From NCBI RefSeq assembly GCF_964355755.1, contig NC_092680.1:2046001-2110000 (forward strand): 64,000 nucleotides of DNA, given 5' to 3'. The notes beneath the pieces were generated by a model. It did no database searches and was not told the origin of the DNA. It was given only the letters and a program-made list of their open reading frames with translations. The DNA is from Antedon mediterranea. Its lineage: Eukaryota > Animalia > Echinodermata. A program made the translations under genes and the position numbers. The stretch's first letter is position 1, and each line of letters opens with the position of its first letter. Below are positions 39,301 to 53,544 of the stretch, piece after piece.

Positions 39301-41921
39301 CCCACTAGAACGCAACGTATTTCAAATAACGTTTTGTAAAATAACTCTGCTGTCGATTTCATTTTTTCGGCGTTGTCGATTTCGTCATTAAAAAAACAAA
39401 AAAACAATATCCGTGGAGGTTCGAACCCAGTCTAGATCTGGGAGTTACTCCCAGTAGGCCCTACTTACAACAGAGCATACACGTTTACGCCGCAAAGCAC
39501 ATGTCTCGCGTCCTTCATATTACGTAATTCGTCGTTTACGTCATAAATATACATATTCATGACGTATTCCAAATAACGTTTTGTAATATAACTCTGTTGT
39601 CGATTTCATTTTTTCGGCGTTGTCGATTTCGTCATTAAAAAAAAACAAAAAAAGGAACAATATATCCGTGAAGGTTCGAACCCAGTCTAGAGCTGAGAGT
39701 AGGCCCTACTCACAGCAGAGCATACACGTTTACGCCACATGTCTAAACAGCCGACAATTTATTGGCGCATCTGGATAGTTGAAATGGAGTGGAGGGGCCT
39801 AAATCTGTCATCAACTGTATAAATAGCTCAAAGAATATCTTAACCAGTGTCATCCTCACATTGCCGTCCTACACCTTACCATCGTAGCCATCAATTACCA
39901 TAATACAATATAAGCATAGGCCTCGTAAAGCTATCAAACTTTATGTGACAAAAAATGTGATGTGCCCATATAAGGGTATATTTAGTCTCTTTTTGTTAAC
40001 AAATTAATATGTGCCAACCATGATTCTTTTAACAGAAATCTGTCGTGTTTTGAATATTAGGTTTCGGTAAATTCTGCGTCCATTTTCGACTTCATTACCG
40101 TCATCATATTGAATACTGTACTACATAATAAAGCTTGGTTCCCACTAGCGACACAACGCAACGACGTATTGACGCAAAGTGCTGTAAACATCGCAGTTTT
40201 GATTTCACGCAGGCGGGGCAAAACACAGTTATTGGGAGGGCGTTTTCTTACGTCGATATGTTTTATTGGACAAAATAAATACTGTGAGAGCAGCGCATTA
40301 TTATATATTGCGTAGGTTGCGTTACGTTGCGTCGCTAGTGGGAACCCAGCTTTAAGATTCAACTCATTGTTTGTTACAGGTGAAACGGGATTGCTTGTGT
40401 CAGTATCGGATAAAACGCGTCCGTTTCTCGGATATCTTGATAAGAAAGAAACGGAGAGGAAAATTCTTAGAAACGTATTCGTTGACGGAGATACTTACTT
40501 CAATACTGGTGATCTTATTAGAATTGATGCTGACGGATATGTCTATTTTATCGATAGAATTGGAGATACATTCAGGTAACCTTTAATTGACCCCATTAAG
40601 TTTGAAATGGTAATAGATTTAATCTACTACGGGTGGTTCCCACTAGAGACGCAACACAAGGACGCAACGTAAGTGAGTTGTTGACCAATCACAAGCGATG
40701 GATTATGCGAACTTACTGTCGCTTGTCAATGGTCAACACGCTTGCGTTGCGTTTACGTCCTTGCGTTAAGTCCTAGTGGAAACCAAGCTTTATAGCAAGA
40801 AGACTCAATTCGATTCTTGGCTGGCGTCTCCACTCTATTTCTTTGTTGTGTTTTTTGTAGTCTAGCAAAGTTTGCAAATTAGTGCAAACTCCCGAGTTTG
40901 GTAAGAGAAATTTTACAAAGTTTGCTAGTGTAGATCTAGACTTGACCCAAGTCTGTAGTTATTTCGAAGCTTTTATCTCTCAAACTCCGTCTGGAACTCA
41001 GACTAGTGTAGATCGTTGTATAAATTTCAGCAAAATTCCGTCAAGAATTGATCAATTTAAACGCTCCCGAGATACTCTTATACGAATAAAATCTATAATC
41101 CAAGGAAAACTGTTTTAAAGGAAAAGGTATTTATTTAAATATGATCTTTGTAATCACTATACTGCGTCGAAATTATTTATTGTAGATGGAAAGGGGAAAA
41201 CGTTGCAACCACAGAAGTTGCTGGGATTCTAGACGAATTTCCAGGTGTTATGGAAGCTAATGTGTATGGTGTCACGATTCCAGGTAATGAACAATAAGCA
41301 ATGTAGTACTCTATAAGGCGTGGTTCCCACTTGGATGCAATGCAGCTACGTAACGACTGCAAACATCGCAGGTTTGATTTTACGCAGGTGGGGGAAAACA
41401 CAATCATTGGAAGGGCATTTTCTTACGTTGCGTAGGTTGCGTTGCGTCGCTATTGGGAACCAAGCTTTTGGAATAAATAAGTAAAAGATAATCAAGCGGC
41501 CTACATCAAAATAACAAACGTCTCCGCCTCGTCGCCTTTAACTTATTTCAAACTGAATACGTATGGTTGTAATTTTGATGATACATGATATTCGCATTTT
41601 CTATTTTTAGGCCAAGATGGCAGAGCTGGAATGGCTGCTATAACCCTATCATCAGCCTACGAATCATTGGATTTCAAAGCACTTTATACCTACCTCAAGA
41701 ATAAGCTACCGTCTTACGCACGCCCAAAATTTATTCGAATTACCAATAACATGGATTTAACGGGTACATTTAAACACAAGAAGTCGGACTTTGTTAAACA
41801 GGGATTCGATCCAATGATAATTACAGACGCTCTGTACTATGTTAATAATGAGTCAAAAACATACGATGAATTAAACGCGGAGTTGTACGCGTCAGTGGTG
41901 AAAATTAGTAGTAAACTGTAA
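36347..41921 (+). CDS. SLC27/FATP-family very-long-chain acyl-CoA synthetase, copy 1
   Basis: Nine exons. [63 protein letters not shown]. Ends ISSKL*. Confidence 0.93.
38846..38971. mobile_element. hAT-like MITE nested in a Tc1-type MITE
   Basis: TIR CAGCGGCG.GGGAA / TTCCC.CGCCGCTG with 8-bp flanks CGTATTAT / CGTATTGT. Host element ~38760-39056 has TTAAGGGGACAC / GTCCCCTTAA ends. Confidence 0.75.
39320..39742. repeat. Tandem duplication (~250-bp period) containing a minus-strand Pol III B-box-like head
   Basis: AAATAACGTTTTGTAA..GTCGATTTC..GGTTCGAACCCAGTCTAGA..GAGCATACACGTTTACGCC occurs twice. Confidence 0.8.
40132..40351. mobile_element. MITE family B, long subtype (PIF/Harbinger-like)
   Basis: TIR AGCTTGGTTCCCACTAGCGAC / GTCGCTAGTGGGAACCCAGCT. 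Related copies at ~38190-38391, 41316-41466, 42276-42486. Confidence 0.82.
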
Positions 41922-42806
41922 CGCTGAATGCGTTTGTAACACCCTCTAACACCACCTTGTAACGCACATTATTTGTATGACACTCGGAAATCAAAGGTGT
42001 ACCGTATTAGCGTATGCCTGAAGTATACTCAACATTATTAATATGTAATAATATTGTAAAAGGAGTCAAAAATAGATTAAAATTGTGATTTATTAAACTC
42101 ACTTGGAGTGTGTCATTTTGTATCCACGTTTAATGGTTGTTTTTGTAATCGTTGCGTTCTAGTGGGAACCATACTTTAGAGAAAAGGGCTGAATACTGAT
42201 TTTCCTCATTGACATTATTTCGGTATGCAGAAAGAAACAGGGTCTTGTTCTCGAATGCATTGGCTGCCAGATAAAAGCGTGGTTCCCACTAGAACGCAAC
42301 GCAGCGACATATTGACGCAAGGTGATGTATTGCGTAATCACAAGTGGGAACCGACGACGCAACAGTGCTGCAAACATCGCAGGTTTGATTTCACGCAGGA
42401 GAGGCGGGGCAAACACAATTATTGGAAGCGCATTTTCTTACGTTGCGTAGAGTACATTACGTTGCGTCGCTAGTGGGAACCAAGCTTTAGAACCAAGCTT
42501 TGCCTAAAGTATTACTGTATTAAATTTAAAGTTTCTTTTACCCATGTTCATTTCGACGGCGTGACTATATGCATCAACCGAATTGAGCCTAATAGTTTGT
42601 ATCAATGTGTTTTTCAAGTGAACGTTGCCTTAGAATAATATATATAAGAATTAAACTAATGTCCCGGATGTTTGTGTCTGTTTTATTGCGTTACGTTTTC
42701 ACTGTTCAAAGGTCGATTTAACCATGGATATATAGGTCGACAAAACAACTACACGTCAGGCTTCTTTTAAATGGATTCATGTTTTGCATGGCTGTGATAC
42801 ACAAAC

Positions 42807-45800
42807 ATGGATAAATCACAGAAAAGGTGGGTTGGAATTGGCGGTACAGCAGCCTTAGTCCTGTACCTACAAAGAAAGTATGGCAGTGCTCTTGTGAATG
42901 ACTACCGAACTATACGCTTAATTCAGAAAATGTATGCTTTTCAGAAACATTGCGTAGATAATAATTTAATGGTGGTTGATTTATTTCTGCAAAGCGTCGC
43001 AAAGCATCCATATAAACCGTGTATTGTATTTCATAATCTTATGTATACATATGGAGAGGTTGATGCCGAGTCCAACAAAGTGGCGAATTTCGCAAAGAAC
43101 ACCGAGGTCCTTCAACAAACTGATACAGTGGCATTTCTGATGAAGAATGAACCGGCATTTTGTTGGTGGTTTATCGGCATGCGCAAGATAGGAGTCACGT
43201 GTGCGCTTATAAACTACAACCTTCGTGGAACGGGACTTTTGCATTGCATCAAGGTGTCTGGATCAAAAGTTCTGGTGTGCGGTGGAGGTAGGCCTATGTA
43301 TATTAATTTGTTTAAGTTAATGGCGGATGGCGGACCTGGATATCCAGGGACCCTGAGTTATATTGAATTGTTAAATTTTGTAACTTTCAATATCAATAAT
43401 AGGCCACGGCATTTATTGTATATTATCATAACTATTGGTTTTATTGCCACAGTTATCACTAACTTAGGTAATTAGCCAATGAAAGAATAGCAAGAGAAAA
43501 AGAGAAAAATGAACAAATGAATTTACGTAAATTATTGTCGAAAAAGCGATCCAGGACGCACACCACCGATAGCGTGCGTCAAAAAGGATGTATTTTAGTA
43601 TTAAGGCCTAAAATGATTTTTTTGGTATGTATTTATAATTGTTTCCATTTTTTTACAGATGCCGATCTAATTAACGCCGTGGTTGATATTTTACCTGAAT
43701 TACACCAGCTTGGCATTCGAGTATGGTTAAGAAGAAGCAACGTAGAAGACCTGCCAGTTGGCATTGAGCTTATTGAGGATAACGTTCAGGATGCGTCAGC
43801 ATCAGCGATTCCTAAGAGCTGTAGGAATCAGATAACGTATGCTGACAATTCACATTACGTATTTACGTCTGGAACCACAGGTATCGAATATTGATTTTAT
43901 CGATATTATTTAGTATTATATTAGATACGACTTCATCAAGTTTCTTCATTAGAGAAAAAAAACCACACAAACAGATTTTGTTTGCGTTAAGATCTTGTTC
44001 TAAATCTAAACCATGATTTTCAGCCATGATGACTCTTTTTCAATACGTTATGTCAAAGACCACAAGTTTAATTATTTATATCTTTTTAATCGGAAGACAA
44101 GGATTCGAACCCAGCCGACGTGGTTAACTGGTTTGTTTTATAATGAGATTCACTATTTAGTATTATATTTTGGGAAGTTGGACTTTAACATACATAATGG
44201 ATGGGTCTGTTATCATCGCTTAAGCTTGATATGAAACAGTTTGTGGATTATTTATTAAACTAAATTCTCCCTGGTGATAAAAAAGGCAGTATTATTATTA
44301 TTATTATTCTGATTTAGGTTTGCCTAAGGCCTGCAAGAGGAACAACACCAGTGATCTGTTTGCCTCGATGGTACAGGATTACTTTCTTCGGGAAGATGAT
44401 GTATTCTATTCACCTCTACCGTTGTACCATACTGCTGCGTTTGTTATAAGCTTCCATAACTGTATAAGAGTTGGTAAGTTATACGTTTACAGTCTCTAGA
44501 TCTCTCTCACCGTTATGTCTGATAACTAGGCCTACTCACTGGCGGATACAGGATTTTAAAACAGGGAAGCATGGGGTAGGGTGTCCCTCTATAAGTCTAT
44601 CGTATTGTTTGCATTGTAAATGGATGGGTGTGGTCTAGGTGTGGATCGACTTTAGATCGGCGATCTTACTACTTCTTTTTACTAATTTTGCAATCGTGTT
44701 ATGAGAATATACACACAATCAGAAACATTTTATTTTGTTTGTCAGGATGTACTTTTGCGACAAGCCGTAAATTTTCTGTGACTCATTTCTGGGAAGATGT
44801 CCGCAAACACAACGCTACCGTCATTCAGTACATTGGAGAAATATGCCGCTATCTGCTGGCTCAACCAAAGGTTATTACTTTATGAAATAAGAATATTATG
44901 GTTTACATCTTTTAAAAAATCCAGAATAAACAAAACTACGAAATACGAAGTGCATAACGAAACAACCATTTGATATTGAAAGGAAACACTTGCAGAAAAA
45001 TATTTTCGGGTGATTCTGGCAATGTGTGACGTCTAATAATACTAATAATAATGTATGTTTAGTGCCTAATATAGTTTAGTAAAAACTGATTACATTTGTT
45101 ATACAAATCAGGAAATAATAATATCTTATGTTCTTAGAAACCAGATGACGGTGTTTATCCCGTCAAACTTCGTGTGGCGTGTGGAAATGGTCTTCGTCCA
45201 GACATTTGGGAGGAGTTTCAAAACAGGTTTAAAATTCATAGAATCTGCGAGGTTTATGGCGCAACTGAAAGCAATACAATGTTTTTAAATTTCGATGGTA
45301 AAGTGGGTACAGTTGGTCGAGTTTCACCGATCGTAAAGGTACGTTCATTAGTGGATAATTGCAATGAATCATAAATCCACCCGATTCTGCACATTTGTCC
45401 GTAGATAGGTTATAACCGACTACTGACTGTCATCTAGATACGAGTCTAGGTATTAACCTTAATACCTTGGTATCCCTGTCACCGGGTTCGCGTGGAGACA
45501 ATGTATGATATGACACATCTTCAGAATCGGTAGACTTTTGCCCCAAGTCTAGTTATTTTTAGGCTTTTCGGTGTTTGTCTGTGAAATACAAGTTTACTAG
45601 CTGAAATAGTATACGTATGAAACGTCATATGTGCCAAAACATTTATCTTTATCTAATTAAGTCAAAACTCCGTCTGGAACCCAGACTACAGAATCGGATG
45701 CATCCTTGTTTTCCTTTCTAAATTAACTCATGAGTTGAAACCTATTATCTTTCAAATTATAGGATGGAAAGCCAGATTGCCTTTGAATTGAATTAAACAA

Positions 45801-47321
45801 AACACAACATACACGGAGCCGAAATGATTCAAATCGCGAAAAGTTAATCCAATATTAAACAAGCAGGCCTAAAATTCAATTTTTTTTATTGTAACCCAAC
45901 CAATTAAACGTCATAATTATAATTTACTTTTGGTTTAAAGTTACTCGGTGCTCCTTGCGTGATTAAATATGACGTCGATACTTCTAAGCCAATCAAAGGG
46001 AAGGATGGAAAGTGTATTCCAGTTGATACAGGTGTGTATTCATTCATTTTGTTAAAAGAAAATAATAGCATGTTTGCCTCAAAACAATAAATATATTGGC
46101 CTAAAATCTAACAGATTTTTAGTGTGTTGGAGTTAAAAAATACAACCATTTCTACCGATATGGCGATGTGAGCGCTGAATGGCTAAACCCAGGGGTCCCG
46201 GAGCTTATGGGGGTGCCCGGAGGAAAAAATAGGCATTAAAATATGTCCCTAAACCAGGGGCCTCAGGCCTCTGCGTTATGCCACTGCATGGTGCCCGTGT
46301 TTTCGCCACCCAGAGGACCAACCCATTCTTCAAATGTGATTTGACACTATAATTCAATCCTTTGCAGCAACTCTTAACCATATAATAACTCATTGTTTGT
46401 TACAGGTGAAACGGGATTGCTTGTATCAATAGTTGACGAAAAACGTCCGTTTCATGGTTATCTTGATAAGAAAGCAACGGAGAAGAAACTTCTCAGAAAC
46501 GTATTCGTTGACGGAGATACTTACTTCAATACAGGTGATCTTATTAGAATTGATGCAGACGGATATGTCTATTTTATCGATAGAATTGGAGATACATTCA
46601 GGTAAGCTGTACAGTACAATTCATTCGTACAATATCAACATTTCAACAAATTCACACAAATTACCTGCAAACAGTGAATGTTTGCTAATACCGTTTGATC
46701 TTTCCCGCCCTCAGTTTCCTTGTCTAATTGTAAATTTCATAATATGAATGTTATTCATTGCAATACAACGTCATCTTCTAGATGGAAAGGGGAGAATGTT
46801 GCAACTACAGAAGTTGCTGGGATTCTAGACGAATTTCCAGGTGTTATGGAAGCTAATGTGTATGGTGTGACAATTCCAGGTAGGCTTAAATGTGTTATCT
46901 ATTTGATCATAATAGTTGGTGAAAAAAGTTGCAATAATAAAGAGTTTTATCAGCATTACACTTATTTGTAGTCTACAATGATTTGAAACATTTCGCATTT
47001 TATATTTTAGGCCAAGATGGCAGAGCTGGAATGGCTGCTATAACCCTATCATCAGGCTACGAATCATTGGATTTCAAAGCACTTTATACCTACCTCAAGA
47101 ATAAGCTACCGTCTTACGCACGCCCGAAATTCATTCGAATTACCAATAACATGGATTTAACGAGTACCTTTAAACACAAGAAGTCGGACTTTGTTAAACA
47201 GGGATTCGATCCAATGATAATTACAGACGCTCTGTACTATGTTAATAATGAGTCAAAAACATACGATGAATTAAACGTGGAGTCGTACGCGTCAGTGGTG
47301 AAAATTAGTAGTAAACTATAA
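42807..47321 (+). CDS. SLC27/FATP-family acyl-CoA synthetase, copy 2
   Basis: Same nine-exon structure with reading frame intact (one-codon deletion in exon 3). Ends ISSKL*. Confidence 0.92.
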
Positions 47322-47809
47322 CGCTAAATGCGTTTGTAACACCTTCTAACACCACCTTGTAACGCACATTATGTGTACTGGTATTATAGCGTAAACTGTA
47401 ACACATAACATAAGAAGATTCAAAGAACATTCACATTGCATGCACAGATAAGTTTAGCACACGAATTTCAATTTATTAAATGCGAATTCAACATTTTTCA
47501 CAATCGTTTTTTTAGAAAATTAAAGCTTGGTTCCCACTAGGATGCAACGCACAGACTGGATATCATTCATCGCATCGTGATTGGTCATAATCTTGCGTTG
47601 CACTACGTCATTGCGTTGCCTCCTAGTAGGACCAAGCTAAGCATCTATATACAAACACTGATATGCCTATAAGTATCATAAACTTTTTATGGACAAACAT
47701 ATGACATAACAATCTTTTTCTCAAAATAATGCTGCCAGAGAATGTATGCTATTTTACTATAACATAATTATAATAATAATCTATAATTACAATACGATTA
47801 AAAATAAAA

Positions 47810-47878
47810 TATTCGTCTAATTAAAGTTTTCAGTGCGTAAATAATAATTGGATGGTGGTTGATTTATTTCTGCAAAGC
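47810..47878 (+). pseudogene. Relic fragment of FATP exon 1
   Basis: TGCGTAAATAATAATTGGATGGTGGTTGATTTATTTCTGCAAAGC matches exon 1 of copies 1-3 ([15 protein letters not shown]). Confidence 0.75.
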
Positions 47879-48302
47879 TCAAAGGGTCCCCCAAATAAAT
47901 TGCATTTCATTTGTCAGGAATTTGTATGATTTGTTTTTTATTTTTCAAATGCACCTTGAGCACTCTTGAGTGGTATGTGCGCTATAAAAATCCTGTTATT
48001 ATTATTCTTATTAACTTATGTACGAAAAAATCGCATCCGTGAGTCCGGTTATGCGTCATGCTAACAAGCCAGAATTGTTGTAAATAAAGTAAAAATAAAT
48101 GTAGCTGAGTGTCGTTGTACTAACGATTATTGACCGACATCATACATCATTATGTAAGCAATGCACCCGGATGTGATTTTATCTGTTTTGTTACTTGACC
48201 TTTCATTGTTCAAGGGTCGAGTTAACAGTACATAATCCATAGCTCTACACAGAACAACTCGCAACTGCTTCAAAAGTTGGTGTTGAGTTTTGATAGTGAA
48301 AC

Positions 48303-51300
48303 ATGGATACATCACAGAAAAAGTTGATTGGAATTGGCGGTACAGCAGCCTTAGTCTTGTACCTACAAAGGAAGTATGGCAGTGCTCTTGTGAATGACTA
48401 CCGAACTATACGCCTAGCCCATAAATTTTATACGTTTCAGAAGCATTGCGTAAATAATAATTTGATGGTGGTTGATTTATTTCTACAAAGCGTCGCAAAG
48501 CATCCATATAAACCGTGTATCCTTTTTCATAACGTTATGTATACATACGGAGAAGTTGATATCGAGTCCAACAAAGTTGCCAATTTCGCAAAGAACACCG
48601 AGTTTCTTCAACAAACTGACACAGTGGCATTTATGATGAAGAATGAACCGGCATTTTGTTGGTGGTTTATCGGCATGCGCAAGATAGGAATCACGTGTGC
48701 GTTTATAAACTATAACCTTCGTGGAACGGGACTTTTGCATTGTATCAAGATATCTGGATCAAAAGTTCTGGTGTGCGGTGGTGGTAGGCAAATTTTTACT
48801 TTTTAAAAGAAAGAAAGAATCAACTTCAACTTAAAAAACGATGGGACGGTGGACTGACAGACCACCGAAAATGACTGACTGAGTATTGTTTATTTGTCCC
48901 TTCTACATGTTTCGATATAAACCAAATTAATTGTGTAAAAAATAACAAAAGTTGGTCCAAAACATATATATATATATAATATTTACAGATCTGGATATCA
49001 TTAACGCCGTGGTTGATATTTTACCTGAATTACACCAGCTTGGCATTCGAGTATGGTTAAGAAGAAGCAACGTAGAAGACCTGCCAGCTGGCATTGAGCT
49101 TATTGAGGATAACGTTCAGGATGCGTCAGCATCAGCGATTTCAAAGAGCTGTAGGAATCAAATCACGTTTACTGACCAGTCATATTATGTATTTACTTCT
49201 GGAACCACAGGTATCGATTATTGATTTTATCGATTTATTGGTTTACTTTAAACTCTACGAATAGATTCGGACATGTATTGACAAATTATCTATTATTGAT
49301 AAATGTTTGCATTAGATAATAATAGAATGATTGTTGGAGTACACAATGTAGAGTATAAATAACAGTGTTTCACACATTATATTTTAGGTTTGCCTAAGGC
49401 TTGCAAGAGGACCAACGCAAGTGACGTAAGTGCGTCGATGGCCTTAGCGTTCTTCGGTCTTCGGGAAGATGACGTAGTGTATTCACCTTTACCGTTGTAC
49501 CATGGTGCTACATTTACTCTATGCTTCCTAAACTGTATACGAGCTGGTAAGAGTTAATAAATTTGAATACACCTAAGTCTAGTTATCAAACACATTTTCA
49601 TTGGGCTTTATTACAACGTGGCCAAATGACGTAGGCCTATCTTTAAAGAAGGTTTGTACATTTTTAATTTCAATAAAAGAAAATATATTATACCAATAAT
49701 TATTAAGGAGGGGAGAGGTGACAGGCAAGGGAATGAATGTTAATTTATTCATTTTTGTTGGTCACTGATAGGATGTACTTTTGCGTCAAGGCGTACATTT
49801 TCTGCGAGTCATTTTTGGGAAGATGTCCGCAAACACAACGCTACTGTCATTCAGTACATTGGAGAAACATGTCGTTATCTGCTGGCTCAACCAAAGGTTA
49901 GGTTTATGTCTTCATACATAGAATACATGAAGACATATACGTAGAACCATTCACAACAGTCCAAAATCGGAATTATTCACAGGTCAGATAAAACAATTAT
50001 GTTGCGCTCGTCTGCCTCAGGCCTAAAACATGAGGTTTATTATCGGGTGGTCGAAATTTCACTTACAGTATTGTATTTGTTTCAACAATCTCTGGAGAGA
50101 TTGAACTTAATAATATTGAACTTAAGGAGAAGTCTGGAACAATGAAAATAATTACCAAATGAATTTTGTTATTTTCTTAGAAATCTGATGACGGTGTTTA
50201 TCCGGTAAAAGTTCGTGTGGCTTTTGGAAATGGTCTTCGTCCAGACGTTTGGAAAGAGTTCCAAAACCGGTTTAAAATTGAGAAAATCTGCGAATTTTAT
50301 GGTGCGAGTGAAGGCACTGCATTTTTGCACAATGTTAATGGTAAAGTTGGGGCTATTGGTCGCATCACACCTGTTGTGAAGGTAGGCCTACAGTGACAGA
50401 AGCGGATGTATAATCTTTAATTGTTTTATCCTACTATAATCGAATTTCGATCTAGTTCACACCCAATTAATTCATATCTAAATGTTCTTCATAGAATACC
50501 GTATATTATTGAATATTCATTTATCCATATTCGTTTTAAATCCAAAATATAATTATTTTTGTTTTAAAGTTTCTAGGTGCTCCCCGCGTGATTAAATATG
50601 ACGTCGATACTTCTGAGCCAATCAAAGGGAAGGATGGAAAGTGTATTCCAGTTCATCCAGGTTTGTTCAATCAGCTATTTTTACAAACTAATATCACAAT
50701 ATGTTCCTACAATTTAATGAAAAATACTAATACATAATTTGGTAGGATGTACGTACAACACAATATTATGAGATAGGTCTCTGGTGGTCAGAGTTTTATT
50801 CTCTGATATATTTCGAATTTAAAAGAGACAATGAATTTTTAAATGGTATTTTACGATATGTGATGTGAATGACAGTTATTGATATAAAAAAAAACAAATC
50901 TGATCAATCTTCACCCTCGATATGGTTGGGGAAAGTGTGGGAGTGAATTTACAAATTATAGATATGATCCTGTGGACGCCATGTTGATTTTAGATAGCCT
51001 AATTCACCTTTGCTATACTAAAAACTGTCAATGAACCCGTTTTTTGTTTGTTACAGGTGAAACGGGGTTGCTTGTGTCAATAGCAGACGAAAAACGTCCG
51101 TTTCATGGGTATCTTGATAAGAAAGCGACAGAGAAAAAAATTATGAAAAACGTATTCGTTGACGGAGATACTTACTTCAATACTGGTGATCTTATTAAAA
51201 TTGATGCTGACGGATATGTCTTTTTTATGGATAGAATTGGAGATACATTCAGGTAGACTTTCAGATCATATATACCATAAATTTAAATTTGCAGAAAAGC

Positions 51301-52234
51301 TAAATTACCGTACCATGTAATATAAATATATTAATTACACAAAATTAACGAAATGTAATTAAATATAATGAACATAATAATAATACCTGCAGAGGGGAAG
51401 GAAATAAGTAGACGTTTGTTCATACATTTTGTGGCTTCGACAACCCACTTCTTCCAATGTGCTTTTCTTTTGTCTTGTACCGTTGGCCTACTTGACAAAA
51501 TTAGTCCAAAATAAAATTATACACTTTCGTCTAACAAAAAATTGTTATAGCATTGACTTGTATTTAAATAATTTTAAAAATGTTGGTTTTTTTAAATTTT
51601 AATTTTTTCATACACATTCGATTAATATCAGTGGGTATAGGTTTCTTTTCGCAAAAGTGTAAATTACAAAATATGAATGTTATTCATTGAAATAGATGGA
51701 AAGGGGAGAATGTTGCAACCACAGAAGTTGCTGGGATTCTAGACGAATTTCCAGGTGTTATGGAAGCTAATGTGTATGGTGTGACAATTCCAGGTAGGCC
51801 TAATGTGTTCTATTTGATCGTCATAGTTGGTGAAAAAAGTTGCAATAATGAAGAGTTTTTTAACATCATAACACTTATTTGTAGTCTACAATGATTTGAA
51901 ACATTTCGCATTTTATATTTTAGGCCAAGATGGCAGAGCTGGAATGGCTGCTATAACCCTATCATCAGGCTACAAATCATTGGATTTCAAAGCACTTTAT
52001 ATCTACCTCAAGAATAAGCTACCGTCTTACGCACGCCCGAAATTCATTCGAATTACCAAAAACATGGATTTAACGGGTACATTTAAACACAAGAAGTCGG
52101 ACTTTGTTAAACAGGGATTTGATCCAATGATAATTACAGACGCTCTGTACTATGTTAATAATGAGTCAAAAACATACGATGAATTAAACGCGGAGTCGTA
52201 CGCGTCAGTGGTGAAAATTAGTAGTAAACTGTAA
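48303..52234 (+). CDS. SLC27/FATP-family acyl-CoA synthetase, copy 3
   Basis: Same nine-exon structure and motifs. Ends ISSKL*. Confidence 0.92.
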
Positions 52235-53544
52235 CGCTAAATGCGTTTGTAACACCTTCTAACACCACCTTGCAACGCACATTATTTGTATGATGACACT
52301 CGGAAATCAAAGGTGTACCGTATTAGCGTATGCCTGAAGTACTCAACATTATTAATATATAATAAAATTAGTATTGTAAAAGGAGTCGAAAATAGATTAA
52401 AATTGTGATTTATTAAACTCACTTGAAGTGTGTCATGTATCCTGTATATTCCATAATGGTTGTTTTTCTATAACAGTCTATAAACGAATATTATAAACTA
52501 GTAATATAATAATACTGTGCAGTATAAAAGTAATATAGTAATTCTATGACAAACGCTCTATACCTACAGACCATCCATACACTGTCGACTCGACTTGTTC
52601 TGAAATAAACTGTTGAGTTTCTCGAAGTTTCGATCAATATGTAGTCTGGGCTCCAGACGGAGTTTTGTCTTAATATTAGTAAAAATATAAATATTTTTGC
52701 ACATATGGCGTTTCATACGTGTATTACTTGAGTTTGGATACTCCTGTATTTTCAGATAAAAATCGAAATAAAAACTAATTGAAAAAAAGACAATGAATAC
52801 AGACAGTCTAATCAATATGCCTTGATCTTCCTCAGCAGTGTGAGAATGCACAACGTCCAGGAAACTTGGAATATAGCTAAAAACAGTATGTTATTAATAA
52901 AAGTTTATGGTAGCTTGCTTATAATGGCCACACCGTCCAAGAATAAACATAGTTAGCTCAGTCGCCTGAGCGTCGTGTTGACAACACGTATGTCGTGGGG
53001 GATTCCTACGCTGGTCGGTGGAATAGAGTTAAAGGTATGCAACCACTGTGTTTGGGGTTCACAATTATACAATTTTAAAGCTCAGGTACAGTCATGAATT
53101 TTAAATATAATATCTTTAATTGTTAATTGTACATAAATCAAATATTTGTAATAGAAATCAAGACGAAAAAAACAATATATTCTTTAGATTATTATAAAAT
53201 ATATGAAAAAGTAGGTGGGCGTATTAAGCGTTGTAAATGAATTTAATCGAATATATAGATTCTTGTTATTTTATTGGAAATTATTTGTAGGCCTACCATT
53301 GCACTCATTATAAACATTTTGTACTCCTATAATATACACATTATAGATTACTAAGTGTTATAAATATTCTTTTGTATATTTTTACTGTAATTGTAATTAT
53401 AAAACAAACGGAAGTAGTGCGTGTGACGCGCAACCGGATATGCGTGTGCGTGCTATGCGTATAGGAAACGCGTGTGAAAGTGCAGTTTGTTTTAAGCTAC
53501 CCTGGATGATGCATCATGCGGCGCGCGACATCGGCACAATCCTT

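Noticed and set aside
40057-42473. ORFs with FPLATQRNA-like peptides
   Set aside because: They are translations of MITE family B palindromic ends.
52946-53015. tRNA-Val(GAC)-like sequence
   Set aside because: D-arm and anticodon-like arms are present, but the T-loop lacks TTCGA and the acceptor stem does not pair. At best a decayed SINE head or pseudo-tRNA.
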